DNA from: an uncultured Eubacteriales bacterium
Lineage (GTDB): Bacteria; Bacillota; Clostridia; Oscillospirales; CAG-272
Direction of reading: 5' to 3'
NCBI GenBank assembly: GCA_900542425.1
Contig: UQNQ01000001.1
Location: 64,541-128,540, forward strand
DNA: 64,000 nucleotides
Part shown: positions 27,010-36,892 of the stretch, piece by piece
How positions within the stretch are numbered: position 1 is the stretch's first letter
Layout of the letters: each line of letters begins with the position of its first letter
Position numbers and translations under genes: made by a program
Notes under the pieces: generated by a model
Seen by the model: only the letters and a program-made list of their open reading frames with translations
Told to the model about the DNA's origin: nothing
Database searches by the model: none

Positions 27010-27834
27010 TTACGGCTCTATTATGATTTCAATTTGATAAATGTCTCTTTTCTCGATGGTAATAAAGTAATAATATATCGTTGATTCAGAGGAAGTTCCT
27101 GTACTGCCGGATTTTCGGAAAGTCATAGACAGAGCGCTGTTTTCCGAATGATGGATTTCCCTAAGGCTGCATTGTCCGATGTCTTTCATTTTGACGGCAA
27201 TGAGGGTGTGAGTTTCGAAATATTCATCTGTGTAGTATGCGGTAATGGGTTGAAAAGAGATTTGAGGGATCTTATTCCGACTGTGTAAATCATTCAGATA
27301 ATCCGTAAGCTCTGTTACGGAACCAATCGATAAAGCTTCTGTATCGAATGATTCTGAGTCGCTTAATCCGCTGATTAAGGAGAAATCCAGCCGGAAAGCT
27401 GTTTCTGATGTTTCAGTAGAATTGGTTGTTTGAGCGGTCGTATCTTCTGAAATGACTTTTGTCGTATTTGTTGTTTCAAAACAAGAAATATCTGTGCATG
27501 GTGTTGTGACAGTTGTATCGGAAAATACCGTTTCCGGAACGGAATCTAAAGGGGTTGTCTGAATCGGTGCGTTGGTCTTGGCTGTGGAATCGTGTGGTAT
27601 GATTTCATAATCGGAGCCATGCTCATTCGGGCCATAGGTTCCATCAACAGGTGCACTTTCTGCAAGTGTCAGGGATTTTATCATAGCGCCGACGTATAGG
27701 CTGACGGCAATCACGATACAAACGGAACAAAGCAGGATTGACTCTCTGATTTTTCGATTCCTGTTTTTTCTTTCGGCTTCGTAGCGCGCGGCTTTTTCTA
27801 GTACCGTGCGGCGAAATTCTTCACGGTTTTTCAT
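27010..27834 (-). CDS. Single-pass membrane protein translationally coupled to the ECF sigma factor (possible anti-sigma or accessory)
   Basis: ATGA overlap with the sigma gene. It has a short basic cytoplasmic N-terminus, one TM (ILLCSVCIVIAVSLYVGAMI) and a T/S-rich ectodomain. No zinc anti-sigma motif was seen. Confidence 0.5.
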   Translation of the reverse strand: MKNREEFRRTVLEKAARYEAERKNRNRKIRESILLCSVCIVIAVSLYVGAMIKSLTLAESAPVDGTYGPNEHGSDYEIIPHDSTAKTNAPIQTTPLDSVPETVFSDTTVTTPCTDISCFETTNTTKVISEDTTAQTTNSTETSETAFRLDFSLISGLSDSESFDTEALSIGSVTELTDYLNDLHSRNKIPQISFQPITAYYTDEYFETHTLIAVKMKDIGQCSLREIHHSENSALSMTFRKSGSTGTSSESTIYYYFITIEKRDIYQIEIIIEP

Positions 27835-28379
27835 GATAGAATCCCCTCTTTTCTGATGGCTTCCCGTATGGCATTTCTTGCCCTGTAGGACAAATTCGCA
27901 ATTTGTTTTTTGCTTTTTTTCATGATAATGGCAATATCATCGTTTTCCAGCTCTTCAAAGACGGCAAGATGGATATAGGTGGCATAATCTTCGCAGAGAC
28001 TGGATGAGATTTCCTTGATTTTTCTTTTTTCTTCATCCGATATAACGGCACGTTCTACGATATCCATATCGGTGGTGTCCTCCGGAAGTTCCTCTGACGG
28101 AACATAGGAGAGGCGTTTTTCCCTGCGAACCCAATCGATTGCTTTATGTCTTGCAATGGAAAAGAGATAGGTTTTGAAGGAGCTTTTAAAAGAATACCGC
28201 TTTTTATGGATCAGAAGTTCCATAAAGGTATCGGCGGCGAGATCTTCGGCGGTTGCAAAATTATTGACATATCGGCTGATGAAATAAATCAAGCTGTCAT
28301 GATAGAGCTCAATAATTTCATCAAATCCGCTTTCATCTCCGTCCAGAAAACGCCGATAGCTGGCAGCGCCGTTATCCAT
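27831..28379 (-). CDS. ECF-type sigma-70 family RNA polymerase sigma factor
   Basis: Region 2 (AEDLAADTFMELL...FKTYLFSIARHKAIDWVRR) and region 4 (ANLSYRARNAIREAI). SD GGAAGGAGG. Confidence 0.85.
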   Translation of the reverse strand: MDNGAASYRRFLDGDESGFDEIIELYHDSLIYFISRYVNNFATAEDLAADTFMELLIHKKRYSFKSSFKTYLFSIARHKAIDWVRREKRLSYVPSEELPEDTTDMDIVERAVISDEEKRKIKEISSSLCEDYATYIHLAVFEELENDDIAIIMKKSKKQIANLSYRARNAIREAIRKEGILS

Positions 28380-28703
28380 TTGGGCCTCCTTCCGACATAA
28401 GCTCTTTTGCTTACGTCATTTTGTCGTATCAAATTTTGTTTTTTCTCACCTGGCACAAAAATTTCATCTTTTATTTTATAATACTGCTTTTTTGAATATA
28501 TGATGGGATTCATATTCGAATATGGAAATTTTCACGAAAGTATTTTCTGAAAATATGTGTTATAAAAAAAGATACGCTGTGCTGTAGGATACTTCTTTTT
28601 GAATTGGAAGTAATAATATCATAGTCATGTAAAAAGTGCAGTGAAGAGGGAAAAACAATCATTTATTCACATTATAGCATAAGATTATTAGCATTTCAAT
28701 AGC

Positions 28704-28740
28704 AAAAAAGAGGAACCGAATCATGCGGCTCCTCTTTTTA
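28704..28740 (-). terminator. Hairpin terminator downstream of hslO
   Basis: GAGGAACCG...CGGCTCCTC (one mismatch), with a T-run on the minus-strand reading. Confidence 0.5.
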
Positions 28741-28887
28741 CGGCGTTTTTTGAAACGAAACTGAGGTACTTCATTTTCCCGACAGAAACTTACTTTCCTG
28801 CGGATTGTAAAAAATATATGGTAATGGTATGGATTTCAGCTATGGTAAAGATAGATTTTTACTTGCTTGCATTACAGAGAAAAAATT

Positions 28888-29763
28888 TTATTTTTTCGAA
28901 TATTTTTCAATTTCATTCCTCGTAAAGTAATATTTTCGATCGCAGAACCGGCAGCATACCTCAATGGTTTTGTCCTCGCGGAAAGTATCATCCAGTTCTT
29001 TCGGCGAGAAACTTGTGAGTGCCGAAAGAATCCGCTCACTGCTGCAGTCACACCGGTATTCCGCTGAAAATGCATCGAAGATGTCATACTCAATTCCATC
29101 CAGTACAAAAGCGGCGATTTCTTCATTTGACATTCCTCGGTCATAAAGAGAGGAGATGTTGGACATGCGCGGAAGATTACGCTCAATGGCGGCGATGGTT
29201 TCCTCTGCCGCATAGGGAAGAAGCTGAATCAGAATGCCGCCTGCTGCCCGGCAGGAAAGATCGGTATCCACCAAAACGCCGAGGGAACATACTGTCGGTA
29301 TCTGTTCGCTCTGTACAAAATAGGCACAGATATCCTCTGCAATCTCACCGCTTACGATTTCACAAAATCCGGTCTGGGGATCACCAGACCCCTCATCACG
29401 GATGACACACATCTCGCCTTGACCGATGATACCGCCGACGTTGAGTTTCCCATTCGGTTTTTTAGGCAGCTCCGCCTGCGGATTTTGGATATATCCCTTG
29501 ACGTTTCCCTTGTAATCAGAGACGGCAAGCACAGTTCCGGCAGGACCGTCTCCCTTGAATTTTACGGTAAGCCTTCCTTGCGGTTCCTTAAGCATTGTCC
29601 CCATAAGGGATGCGGCGGTCATAACGCGCCCGAGAGCCGCTGTGGCGGTCGGCGCCGTGGCGTGGTATCGGACGGCGGTATCGACAATTTCCGTCGAGTT
29701 GATAAGGATAATGCGTGCCGAGCCGTCATGGGTCATCGCACGAAGCACATTGTTTTTTATCAT
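28888..29763 (-). CDS. hslO: Redox-regulated chaperone Hsp33
   Basis: ALGRVMTAASLMG and the C-terminal zinc centre CDCS...CRFCDRKY. The start is moved to MIKNNVLRAM, 9 nt after AAGGAG. Confidence 0.9.
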   Translation of the reverse strand: MIKNNVLRAMTHDGSARIILINSTEIVDTAVRYHATAPTATAALGRVMTAASLMGTMLKEPQGRLTVKFKGDGPAGTVLAVSDYKGNVKGYIQNPQAELPKKPNGKLNVGGIIGQGEMCVIRDEGSGDPQTGFCEIVSGEIAEDICAYFVQSEQIPTVCSLGVLVDTDLSCRAAGGILIQLLPYAAEETIAAIERNLPRMSNISSLYDRGMSNEEIAAFVLDGIEYDIFDAFSAEYRCDCSSERILSALTSFSPKELDDTFREDKTIEVCCRFCDRKYYFTRNEIEKYSKK

Positions 29764-30526
29764 ATGATTCATCTCCTTGGACAGATTTCCGACAGATGAA
29801 AAAGCATCGTTCATCTTTTTCCGAGACCGGTGAAAAATCGGTGTCTGCGACCTTTTCAATCGAAGAAAATCCGGTGTCGGCAAGTATAGTCTCGAGTGTG
29901 CGGGGAGAATAACACCGTTGGCGCTGAATTTCATCGAATCTATGCCATCCGGACGTTCCCTTTACGAAAAAAGTAAGATAGAAATCGCAGAGCCGGCTTT
30001 TCTCGCGGTATAAATTTTGCCATGATACGAACAGGTCATCATAATCATAGACATACGCGTGATCGGCAAGAATCTCCCGATATTTATATGGCGTACTGAT
30101 ATCAAAGATAAAAATCCCGCCGTCTGCAAGGCTATCATATACACGGGCAAAACATGCACAGACATCGTTTTTTTTGGTTAAATAGTTGATTCCGTCAAAG
30201 CTGCAGATGACGGCGTCATATTTTCCGCCTCCGTCAAACGATGCGATATTCTGCTCGGAAAGACAAAGATGAAGGTTCCGGTCATCTGCTTTTTTTCGGG
30301 CGAGCGAGAGCATTTCCGTGCTTCGGTCGATGCCGGTGACATCAAATCCGCGCGCTGCGAGTGGAAGCGTAATATTCCCTGTTCCGCAGGCAAGATCTAG
30401 AATCCGTTCCGTGACGATTCCGTATTTTTCAAAGCAGGCGAGATAAAAATTGACCCATTTATCATAGGGGATATCCTCCATCAGCCGGTCATAGAATTCT
30501 GAGAGAACGGCATATTGTTCTGTCAT
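29726..30526 (-). CDS. Class I SAM-dependent methyltransferase
   Basis: Motif I ILDLACGTGNITLPLA. SD GGGAGG. The 3' end overlaps the hslO start by 38 nt. Confidence 0.85.
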   Translation of the reverse strand: MTEQYAVLSEFYDRLMEDIPYDKWVNFYLACFEKYGIVTERILDLACGTGNITLPLAARGFDVTGIDRSTEMLSLARKKADDRNLHLCLSEQNIASFDGGGKYDAVICSFDGINYLTKKNDVCACFARVYDSLADGGIFIFDISTPYKYREILADHAYVYDYDDLFVSWQNLYREKSRLCDFYLTFFVKGTSGWHRFDEIQRQRCYSPRTLETILADTGFSSIEKVADTDFSPVSEKDERCFFICRKSVQGDESYDKKQCASCDDP

Positions 30527-30544
30527 GAACACCTCCCAAAACGG

Positions 30545-31882
30545 TTATTTTTTCATACAATATTGACGGTAAAGCGGCAGATAAATTTCCTGATCGCGAA
30601 TAGGGCAGCCGGTTGTCCCGCCCGCACGCATGATTTCCGTGCATTTGCTGCATGCGATACAAACCTTGTTTTTGTCTATATGTCCTGTTATCATATCATG
30701 GGCAAAGCCGTCGTAGGCGAATGCCATACGGCCGAAGCCGATGAGGGACGCGCCCCCGTCGCGCAGGACTCCGGCTGCAACATACGGTGCGAATTCACGC
30801 AGATAGCTGTATCCTGTTCCGATCAGTGTGAGGGAAGGAAATTCCGCCTGAATTTCTTTTGCCGCGCCGATGAGACGTTCTACCCCCCGCAGCGGATGTT
30901 CCGGCGGTAGATATCCTCCTTTATTGTAAGGACGGTTGATATGCGGATTAAAATACGGAGAGCCCATCGTCATGTCGATAAGGGTGAGACCTTTTTCCAT
31001 TAGAATGCCGATAAGCTTTTTTGCTTCGGAAAAATCAGGCGACAAGGGAGCTGTTTCCGTGACGCCGAACCCATAGGGATAATCGATCATATCGGAAACA
31101 GAAAGACGTGAGGCAATCACGGTTTCCGGACGAAGTACGGCACGCACTGCGTCTGTGATATCAAGAAGAAGGCGTGTCCGGTTTTCAAAGGAGCCGCCGT
31201 ATTTTCCTTCGCGTGTATGTGCCGATAGCAATTCTGAGAGCAGGTATCCGTGACATGCCTTGATATCGATGCCATCAAATCCTGCACGCTCGGCAAGGCT
31301 GGCGGCACGTGCATAGGCATCCGGCAGCGTATCCAGATATTCATCGGTAACGACGGGCACATCTTTGTCGCATGGACGTACCGATTCAAACGGCAGACTG
31401 CGCGTGGCAAGAAGCGGATGCGGCGTCATACTGTTTTTTGAGAATCTTCCCGAATGAGTAAGCTGAGCGATGACCGGTGCTTTTGTGATTTTTTTCATTT
31501 CTTTCACCAGAGTTTCATATGCTGCTACGTTTTGCTCGGTAATCATCAGCTGATGGTCGGAGGTGCGCGCTTCTGGGACGACGGAGATTGCTTCCGACCA
31601 GATGAGCGCAGCGCCTGAACGGGCAAACCGCAGATAGCGTCTGCGGGAAAGCTCGGAGGGCGTGCCGTCTGTCTCACCGTCAAAGCCTTCCATTGGATGA
31701 ACGGTGAGAGAATTTTCAAGCGTTATGGTTCCTGCGCGGGAAGAAAGTGCTTTTTTCGCGGCAAGCGGGGAGAGATCATACGAAAACGGGATATGATATC
31801 CGTTTTGTTCAAGATACAGGCGGAACTGATCTGCCGAGCTAAAAGAAAAGGTATAAGAATCTTTTTTATCGTATGCGTACAT
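30545..31882 (-). CDS. Old-Yellow-Enzyme-like NADH:flavin oxidoreductase
   Basis: GFDGIDIKACHGYLLSELLS and a TIM-barrel FMN oxidoreductase pattern. The C-terminal Cys-rich tail is CIACSKCTEIMRAGGTTGC. Confidence 0.75.
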   Translation of the reverse strand: MYAYDKKDSYTFSFSSADQFRLYLEQNGYHIPFSYDLSPLAAKKALSSRAGTITLENSLTVHPMEGFDGETDGTPSELSRRRYLRFARSGAALIWSEAISVVPEARTSDHQLMITEQNVAAYETLVKEMKKITKAPVIAQLTHSGRFSKNSMTPHPLLATRSLPFESVRPCDKDVPVVTDEYLDTLPDAYARAASLAERAGFDGIDIKACHGYLLSELLSAHTREGKYGGSFENRTRLLLDITDAVRAVLRPETVIASRLSVSDMIDYPYGFGVTETAPLSPDFSEAKKLIGILMEKGLTLIDMTMGSPYFNPHINRPYNKGGYLPPEHPLRGVERLIGAAKEIQAEFPSLTLIGTGYSYLREFAPYVAAGVLRDGGASLIGFGRMAFAYDGFAHDMITGHIDKNKVCIACSKCTEIMRAGGTTGCPIRDQEIYLPLYRQYCMKK

Positions 31883-31908
31883 TTGAGAGTTCCTTTCTTG
31901 TCCTCGAA

Positions 31909-32907
31909 TTATGCCATGGTTTCCAGCATGGAGAGGGTTACTTCGTATTTTGCAGGCAATCCCGCCGCAATGAGCCGGTATTCTTCATACATGAAGTCCG
32001 CAAGCCGGTGCGTTTCATATCCGATGCTGCCGGCAATATGCGGGGTAAGGAACACATTGTCAAGGTGATAGAGCTCGTCTCCTTCCCGCGGCGGTTCTTC
32101 GGGATCGGTTACATCCAGCAGTGCCGTGCGTCCCGGATGGCTTCTCATCTCATCGGTGAGTGCCACCATGTCTACCTGCGCGCCGCGCCCTGTATTGATA
32201 AATACGGAATACTCTCCCATACGGGAAAGCAGCTCCCGGCTGATAAGTCCGACGGTTTCCGGTTTATTGGCAAGATGATTGGAAATGACATGGCATGTCT
32301 CAAATATTTCTTCCAGAGAAGCTTTCTTGACTTCCATGGCTGAGGCTCTCTCCTCGGATAAAAAAGGATCGAAGACTAAGAGTTCCAAATGATAGGGTTT
32401 TAGAAGTTCAATCACTTTGGAACCAATCATTCCCGCGCCGAGAAGACCAACTTTGGTACCATAATTCCCGGGGAAATGATAATGAGGATCATCATTGTGC
32501 CACTCTTCGCGGGAACGGACACGGCGCTGAAAGAAGCCCTTATTGGCAAGAAGAATTTCAGAGACAGTCACTTCCGCGACGGGAATTCCGTTGGCGCGCC
32601 ATGCGGAATGTACGGGAATACCGAGTTCCAGAAACGGACGGGCAAAGCCTTGTACGGTGCCCGCTGCATAAAAAACATGCTTGAGATTAGGAAAATACAT
32701 CCGGATTTGCTCTCCTGTCAGCGGAAGCATTCCCCATGTAGAAAAAATATAATCCACTTCTATGGTGTCTGTTTTTCTCCGTTCAAGCTCCTCTTCACTT
32801 TTGATAGGCTCAATGAAGTTCAGCTCTGATGTTAATTTTTGCCTGAGTTCCGGACTGTAGACATGATCAATATTAAAATATCGTTTGGATAAGAAAACAG
32901 CTTTCAT
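31909..32907 (-). CDS. D-isomer-specific 2-hydroxyacid dehydrogenase family protein
   Basis: GLLGAGMIGSKV (NAD fold), NTGRGAQVD and LDVTDPEEPP...TPHIAGS. Confidence 0.85.
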   Translation of the reverse strand: MKAVFLSKRYFNIDHVYSPELRQKLTSELNFIEPIKSEEELERRKTDTIEVDYIFSTWGMLPLTGEQIRMYFPNLKHVFYAAGTVQGFARPFLELGIPVHSAWRANGIPVAEVTVSEILLANKGFFQRRVRSREEWHNDDPHYHFPGNYGTKVGLLGAGMIGSKVIELLKPYHLELLVFDPFLSEERASAMEVKKASLEEIFETCHVISNHLANKPETVGLISRELLSRMGEYSVFINTGRGAQVDMVALTDEMRSHPGRTALLDVTDPEEPPREGDELYHLDNVFLTPHIAGSIGYETHRLADFMYEEYRLIAAGLPAKYEVTLSMLETMA

Positions 32908-32964
32908 ATTCGCCTCCGTACCGGTTACAGCGGTACTTTTTCATTCTTGATTTTTTATAGGTTT

Positions 32965-34191
32965 TCAAAAGGAAAAGTGTTTCGGAAGTCCATTTTCAAA
33001 CATCAGCGTCGGCTCTCCTTGGATTAAGGGGGCAATATAGGACAGGCATTCTTCGGTTACCTGATTCCCCCGTTCATTGATCCATTCACGCGGAACCTTT
33101 TTTACGATATTGGCGATACCGGCAATGTCGGCAGCCTGAATTTCGATTTCATAGGGATTGTTTTTTTTGCGGAGGAACGTCATCATTTTGCCGCTTCCAC
33201 CTGTGACGGCATATTGTACGGCAGCCCGTCCGATTTTTACGGATTCCTCAAGGTCTGTTCTAGAAGCAAAATGAGAAGCGCACCGCTGCGGCAGATTCAA
33301 TTCTATCGAACGGATCTTGCAGCCGAATTTGTCTTTGACTGCATACTCCAGCGCCTTGGCGGTGCCGGCAAGATACTTGTGTCCGAAAGCATCGGCAGCG
33401 CCGCTCTGCGTTCCTTCTCCGACATATCTGCCATCCGCTGTGCGGATCCCCTCGGAAACGGCAACCACGACATTCGGATGCTTTTCAAAGGCTTTTTCGA
33501 TATCCTCAAAGAAACATTCATAATCAAACGGAACCTCCGGCAGATAGACAAGATCGGGGGAGACATTGGTACAAAGAGAGGGAAGCGCCGCCGCTGCGGT
33601 AAGCCATCCCGCGTCACGTCCCATGATTTCCACGATGGTGACAGCTTTGACCGTATAAACGGCAGTATCCCGCAAAATTTCCTGCATGGTAGCGCCGATA
33701 AATTTGGCGGCGGAACCAAACCCCGGAGTATGGTCGGTGCCGGCAAGATCGTTGTCAATGGTTTTCGGCACCCCTACGACATGCAAATCATATCCGGTCT
33801 CTTTTGTGAAACGGGAAAGTTTGGCAACGGTATCCATGGAATCGTTGCCGCCGATATAAAAGAAGTAGCGGATCTGATTCTCGCGGCAAACCGAAAGAAT
33901 CTGTTCGTAGATCCTGCGGTTGTCTCCTTCAAAATCGGGAGGAAGTTTTTTTCGGCAGGAACCGAGTGCGGCAGCAGGCGTATGTTCGAGTAGGGAAAGA
34001 TCGGTTTCCGACAGATTGGAAAGGTCAATCAAGCGGCGTTCCAACACGCCTTCGATGCCGTTTCTTGCTCCGTAAATCTTTCCGATTCCATCACAGCCTA
34101 TCGCGCCCCGTATCACGCCGGCAAGGGTTGCGTTGATGGCGGCGGTAGGACCGCCGGACTGACCGACAATGGCGTTTGCGAGTGTTTCCAT
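32965..34191 (-). CDS. pfp: 6-phosphofructokinase, pyrophosphate-dependent type
   Basis: IGGNDSMDT places Asp at the E. coli Gly104 position, and VPKTIDND places Lys at the Gly124 position. This is the established PPi-specificity signature. MGRDAGWL is also present. Confidence 0.75.
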   Translation of the reverse strand: METLANAIVGQSGGPTAAINATLAGVIRGAIGCDGIGKIYGARNGIEGVLERRLIDLSNLSETDLSLLEHTPAAALGSCRKKLPPDFEGDNRRIYEQILSVCRENQIRYFFYIGGNDSMDTVAKLSRFTKETGYDLHVVGVPKTIDNDLAGTDHTPGFGSAAKFIGATMQEILRDTAVYTVKAVTIVEIMGRDAGWLTAAAALPSLCTNVSPDLVYLPEVPFDYECFFEDIEKAFEKHPNVVVAVSEGIRTADGRYVGEGTQSGAADAFGHKYLAGTAKALEYAVKDKFGCKIRSIELNLPQRCASHFASRTDLEESVKIGRAAVQYAVTGGSGKMMTFLRKKNNPYEIEIQAADIAGIANIVKKVPREWINERGNQVTEECLSYIAPLIQGEPTLMFENGLPKHFSF

Positions 34192-34223
34192 AGAGTGGTC
34201 TCCTTTTCTATTCGTGAGAATTT

Positions 34224-34388
34224 TTATGGTGTTCGGATCGGCTTGGCCCCGCGTATGACAAGCGTGTCGGAAACGCGGAATTCCCAGCTTTTTGTTCCGT
34301 TTGATCGTTTATTATCTTTTGTCCGGTGCCGGTGAATCATTTCCGAGAGAAAACGGTATTCCCGTTCCGTCAAGGTGCCCGGCGCCAT
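34224..34388 (-). CDS. Possible small basic protein (54 aa), below the ORF-track cutoff
   Basis: ATG 34388 lies after AAAGGAAG and fills the gap between the AEC transporter gene and pfp. The peptide is MAPGTLTEREYRFLSEMIHRHRTKDNKRSNGTKSWEFRVSDTLVIRGAKPIRTP. No family recognised. Confidence 0.25.
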   Translation of the reverse strand: MAPGTLTEREYRFLSEMIHRHRTKDNKRSNGTKSWEFRVSDTLVIRGAKPIRTP

Positions 34389-34425
34389 GGCACGCTTCCT
34401 TTCGGTTTTCTTCGCAAGAATAGAT

Positions 34426-35373
34426 TTATAAAATGAATTCTGTCAGCTTCATGACGAGTAGAATGGTGAATGGAGAGAGTATAGTTCCGATGCTGAGAAG
34501 CTGCGCGGCGTAAGTAGGCTTTGTTTCATAAAGCTCTGCAAAAATCGTAGTAAAGGCGGCTGGCGGCATGCTGGCGAGAACGACCATAAAAACGGAAAGA
34601 TCAATGTCTGCAACGAGGGAGGAAATGCCGCAGAAGCGCAGGATGAACGCTGCAATAAGCGGAATGAAAATGAGTTTTACCGCACAGAAGTAGTAGATTT
34701 TCGGATTTGTGAAAAATTTTCTTATCGGCATTGACGCAACGAGCGCTCCTGTCACAATCAGAGAAAGAGGCGTACAGAGGCTCGACATGCTCTCAAGCAC
34801 GGTCATCAGAAAATCCGGAATCGGGATACGAGCGATATAGATGCCAAGTCCGATGGCGGAGGGAACGGTTCCGAGGTTGATGAGCATTTTCCGAACGCTG
34901 ATTTTGATGTCGTCTCTTCCGCGCGCCATGATGCAAACGCCATAGCTCCATACCGCGAGATTATAGACAATTACATAAAACGCACCGTAAAAGAGTCCCG
35001 CTTCTCCGAAAAGCGCATTTAAGATCGGAAAGCCGACAAACGCACAGTTTGTGAAAACACATCCGAATTCATGAATCTTTTTCTCGTCCATGTCACCTAC
35101 GCGGAAAAAGAATAACTTTGCGGCAACTATGAGAAAAAGATGAAGGATGACGGAGAAACCGAACACGATCATTCCGTTTTTCAAATGTGACGGGGAATAT
35201 TCCAGTTTGATAACAGAGTATATGATCAAAAACGGCTGAGCGGCTTTTGCAACAAAACCGGAAAGCTTTTTTGTGAATTCTCCGTTTATGATGCCGGCTT
35301 TTTGCAGAATAAAACCGATCAGAATGAAAAGAAATAAAGAAAATGCTGTCGATAGTAAGGCTTCAAAATTCAT
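34426..35373 (-). CDS. AEC (auxin efflux carrier) family transporter
   Basis: A polytopic membrane protein of about 10 TM with an AEC-like N-terminus (FLFILIGFILQKAGII). ATGA-type overlap with the upstream UDG gene. Confidence 0.8.
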   Translation of the reverse strand: MNFEALLSTAFSLFLFILIGFILQKAGIINGEFTKKLSGFVAKAAQPFLIIYSVIKLEYSPSHLKNGMIVFGFSVILHLFLIVAAKLFFFRVGDMDEKKIHEFGCVFTNCAFVGFPILNALFGEAGLFYGAFYVIVYNLAVWSYGVCIMARGRDDIKISVRKMLINLGTVPSAIGLGIYIARIPIPDFLMTVLESMSSLCTPLSLIVTGALVASMPIRKFFTNPKIYYFCAVKLIFIPLIAAFILRFCGISSLVADIDLSVFMVVLASMPPAAFTTIFAELYETKPTYAAQLLSIGTILSPFTILLVMKLTEFIL

Positions 35374-35930
35374 TTGATTTCATCAAGCCTCTCTTTGATC
35401 GCCATCATATCCGCCAGCATGTCATCTTTCTTTCGGGGATCACGCAAGAGCGCAGCGGGATGATAGACCGCACATACGGAAAGGCCGCCATGGTCAAACC
35501 ATTTGCCGTGTTCCGATGTGATTTTAAAGTCCGGCTTGATGATTCGCATGGCTGCAATGCGCCCAAGACACACAATCACATGCGGAGAGATGATCGACAC
35601 CTGGGCGCGCAGATATCCGATACAGCAGTCCTCTTCCTCCGGCAACGGATCGCGGTTTTTGGGCGGACGGCATTTCAGAATGTTTGCAATGTATACGTCA
35701 CCACGGTCGATTCCCACGGCATCAAGATATTTGTCAAGCAGCTTTCCTGCCGCTCCGACAAACGGAATTCCCGTTTCATCCTCGTGCTGTCCGGGCGCTT
35801 CTCCGACAAACATCAGCCTTGCGTTCGGATTGCCTGTCCCGAACACGATGTTTGTTCTTGTCTTATAAAGTTCGCATGCTTTGCATGTTTCGCAGGAAGC
35901 TTGAATTTCGTCGAGTGTTTTGAAGTCCAT
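35370..35930 (-). CDS. Family 4 uracil-DNA glycosylase
   Basis: C..C..CELYKTRTNIVFGTGNPNARLMFVGEAPGQHEDETGIPFVGAAGKLL is the typical family-4 Fe-S UDG pattern. Confidence 0.9.
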   Translation of the reverse strand: MDFKTLDEIQASCETCKACELYKTRTNIVFGTGNPNARLMFVGEAPGQHEDETGIPFVGAAGKLLDKYLDAVGIDRGDVYIANILKCRPPKNRDPLPEEEDCCIGYLRAQVSIISPHVIVCLGRIAAMRIIKPDFKITSEHGKWFDHGGLSVCAVYHPAALLRDPRKKDDMLADMMAIKERLDEIK

Positions 35931-36072
35931 ATGTCACCTCTTATGCGCCGCCTCAGGCAAGAATCTTCGAAATACAGTCGTGCTTTTCCATAAGAAAAAA
36001 CCGTCTGCGGCTATTTTACCACAAACGGCTTTTTCTTGCAATTGTATTTTAGAATTTATTAAGGAAACTTTT

Positions 36073-36717
36073 TTATTTTGCGACCGCTGCGAGTGTGTGA
36101 ACGGCATCACCGTCACAGAAGCACCGACAATGCTCCTTCAGATACGGAATGGAGTTTTCGCTTTCCAAACGGGTACCGAACTCTCCGATAAAAAGGTTTT
36201 CTCTGAGATATTTCGCCTTTTTACCCTGTGCGATAGGTACGGTTTCAAAAATAAGAAGAAAGTAACGGTGCTTTTTTTGAGGAATTTCTTCAACAAAGGC
36301 GCCGCTTTTGGCTGTATAACCGCGCCTTGCGAGAAATTTACAAACACGCATGAGATTTTCCGCGTCCTCGAACTGGTAGACGGCACAGACTTCCTTTGGA
36401 ACGACGGCAGCCGTTTTTTCATTTGTGTAATTCATGTTGCCGGCGGACGGGAGTTCATTTTTTTGCAGTTTGGTTATGTAAATTTCACAGCCGCCGTTTT
36501 TTTCCGGATATACTTGAATGTAGATGCGCCCCGCCGCCGCGTCAAAGCCGGTCTCGTGTTTCGCATAATCGAGTATGCTCCAGACGGCTTTCCGTGTTTC
36601 TGTATTGTCATAATCAATTTTGTCGCATGTGAGGTCGTATTTAATCATATCAAACGGCGTTAAAATGACTTTTAGCTTATCCTGTCCCATCAGACTGAGT
36701 TCCAAAATGATCACCAT
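36073..36717 (-). CDS. mecA: Adaptor protein MecA
   Basis: N-terminal domain (KLKVILTPFDMIKYDL...GRIYIQVYPEKNGGCEIYITK) and C-terminal domain (YQFEDAENLMRV...IGEFGTRL...LKEH). The start is uncertain: ATG 36717 or a nearby TTG. Confidence 0.7.
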   Translation of the reverse strand: MVIILELSLMGQDKLKVILTPFDMIKYDLTCDKIDYDNTETRKAVWSILDYAKHETGFDAAAGRIYIQVYPEKNGGCEIYITKLQKNELPSAGNMNYTNEKTAAVVPKEVCAVYQFEDAENLMRVCKFLARRGYTAKSGAFVEEIPQKKHRYFLLIFETVPIAQGKKAKYLRENLFIGEFGTRLESENSIPYLKEHCRCFCDGDAVHTLAAVAK

Positions 36718-36892
36718 CCAAATTATATTTTCATATAAGCAGAGATTCCGCAGATAATTTTGTCTTTTGCAGCAGTCTTTTTGAGAGAACGGATTTCTTA
36801 ACAAAGACGTATCGGATATCTTAAATCATAAGGACTGCGTGCTATACTACATTATAAGCATAAATCTTCAAAAAAGCCATACACAAATTTAT

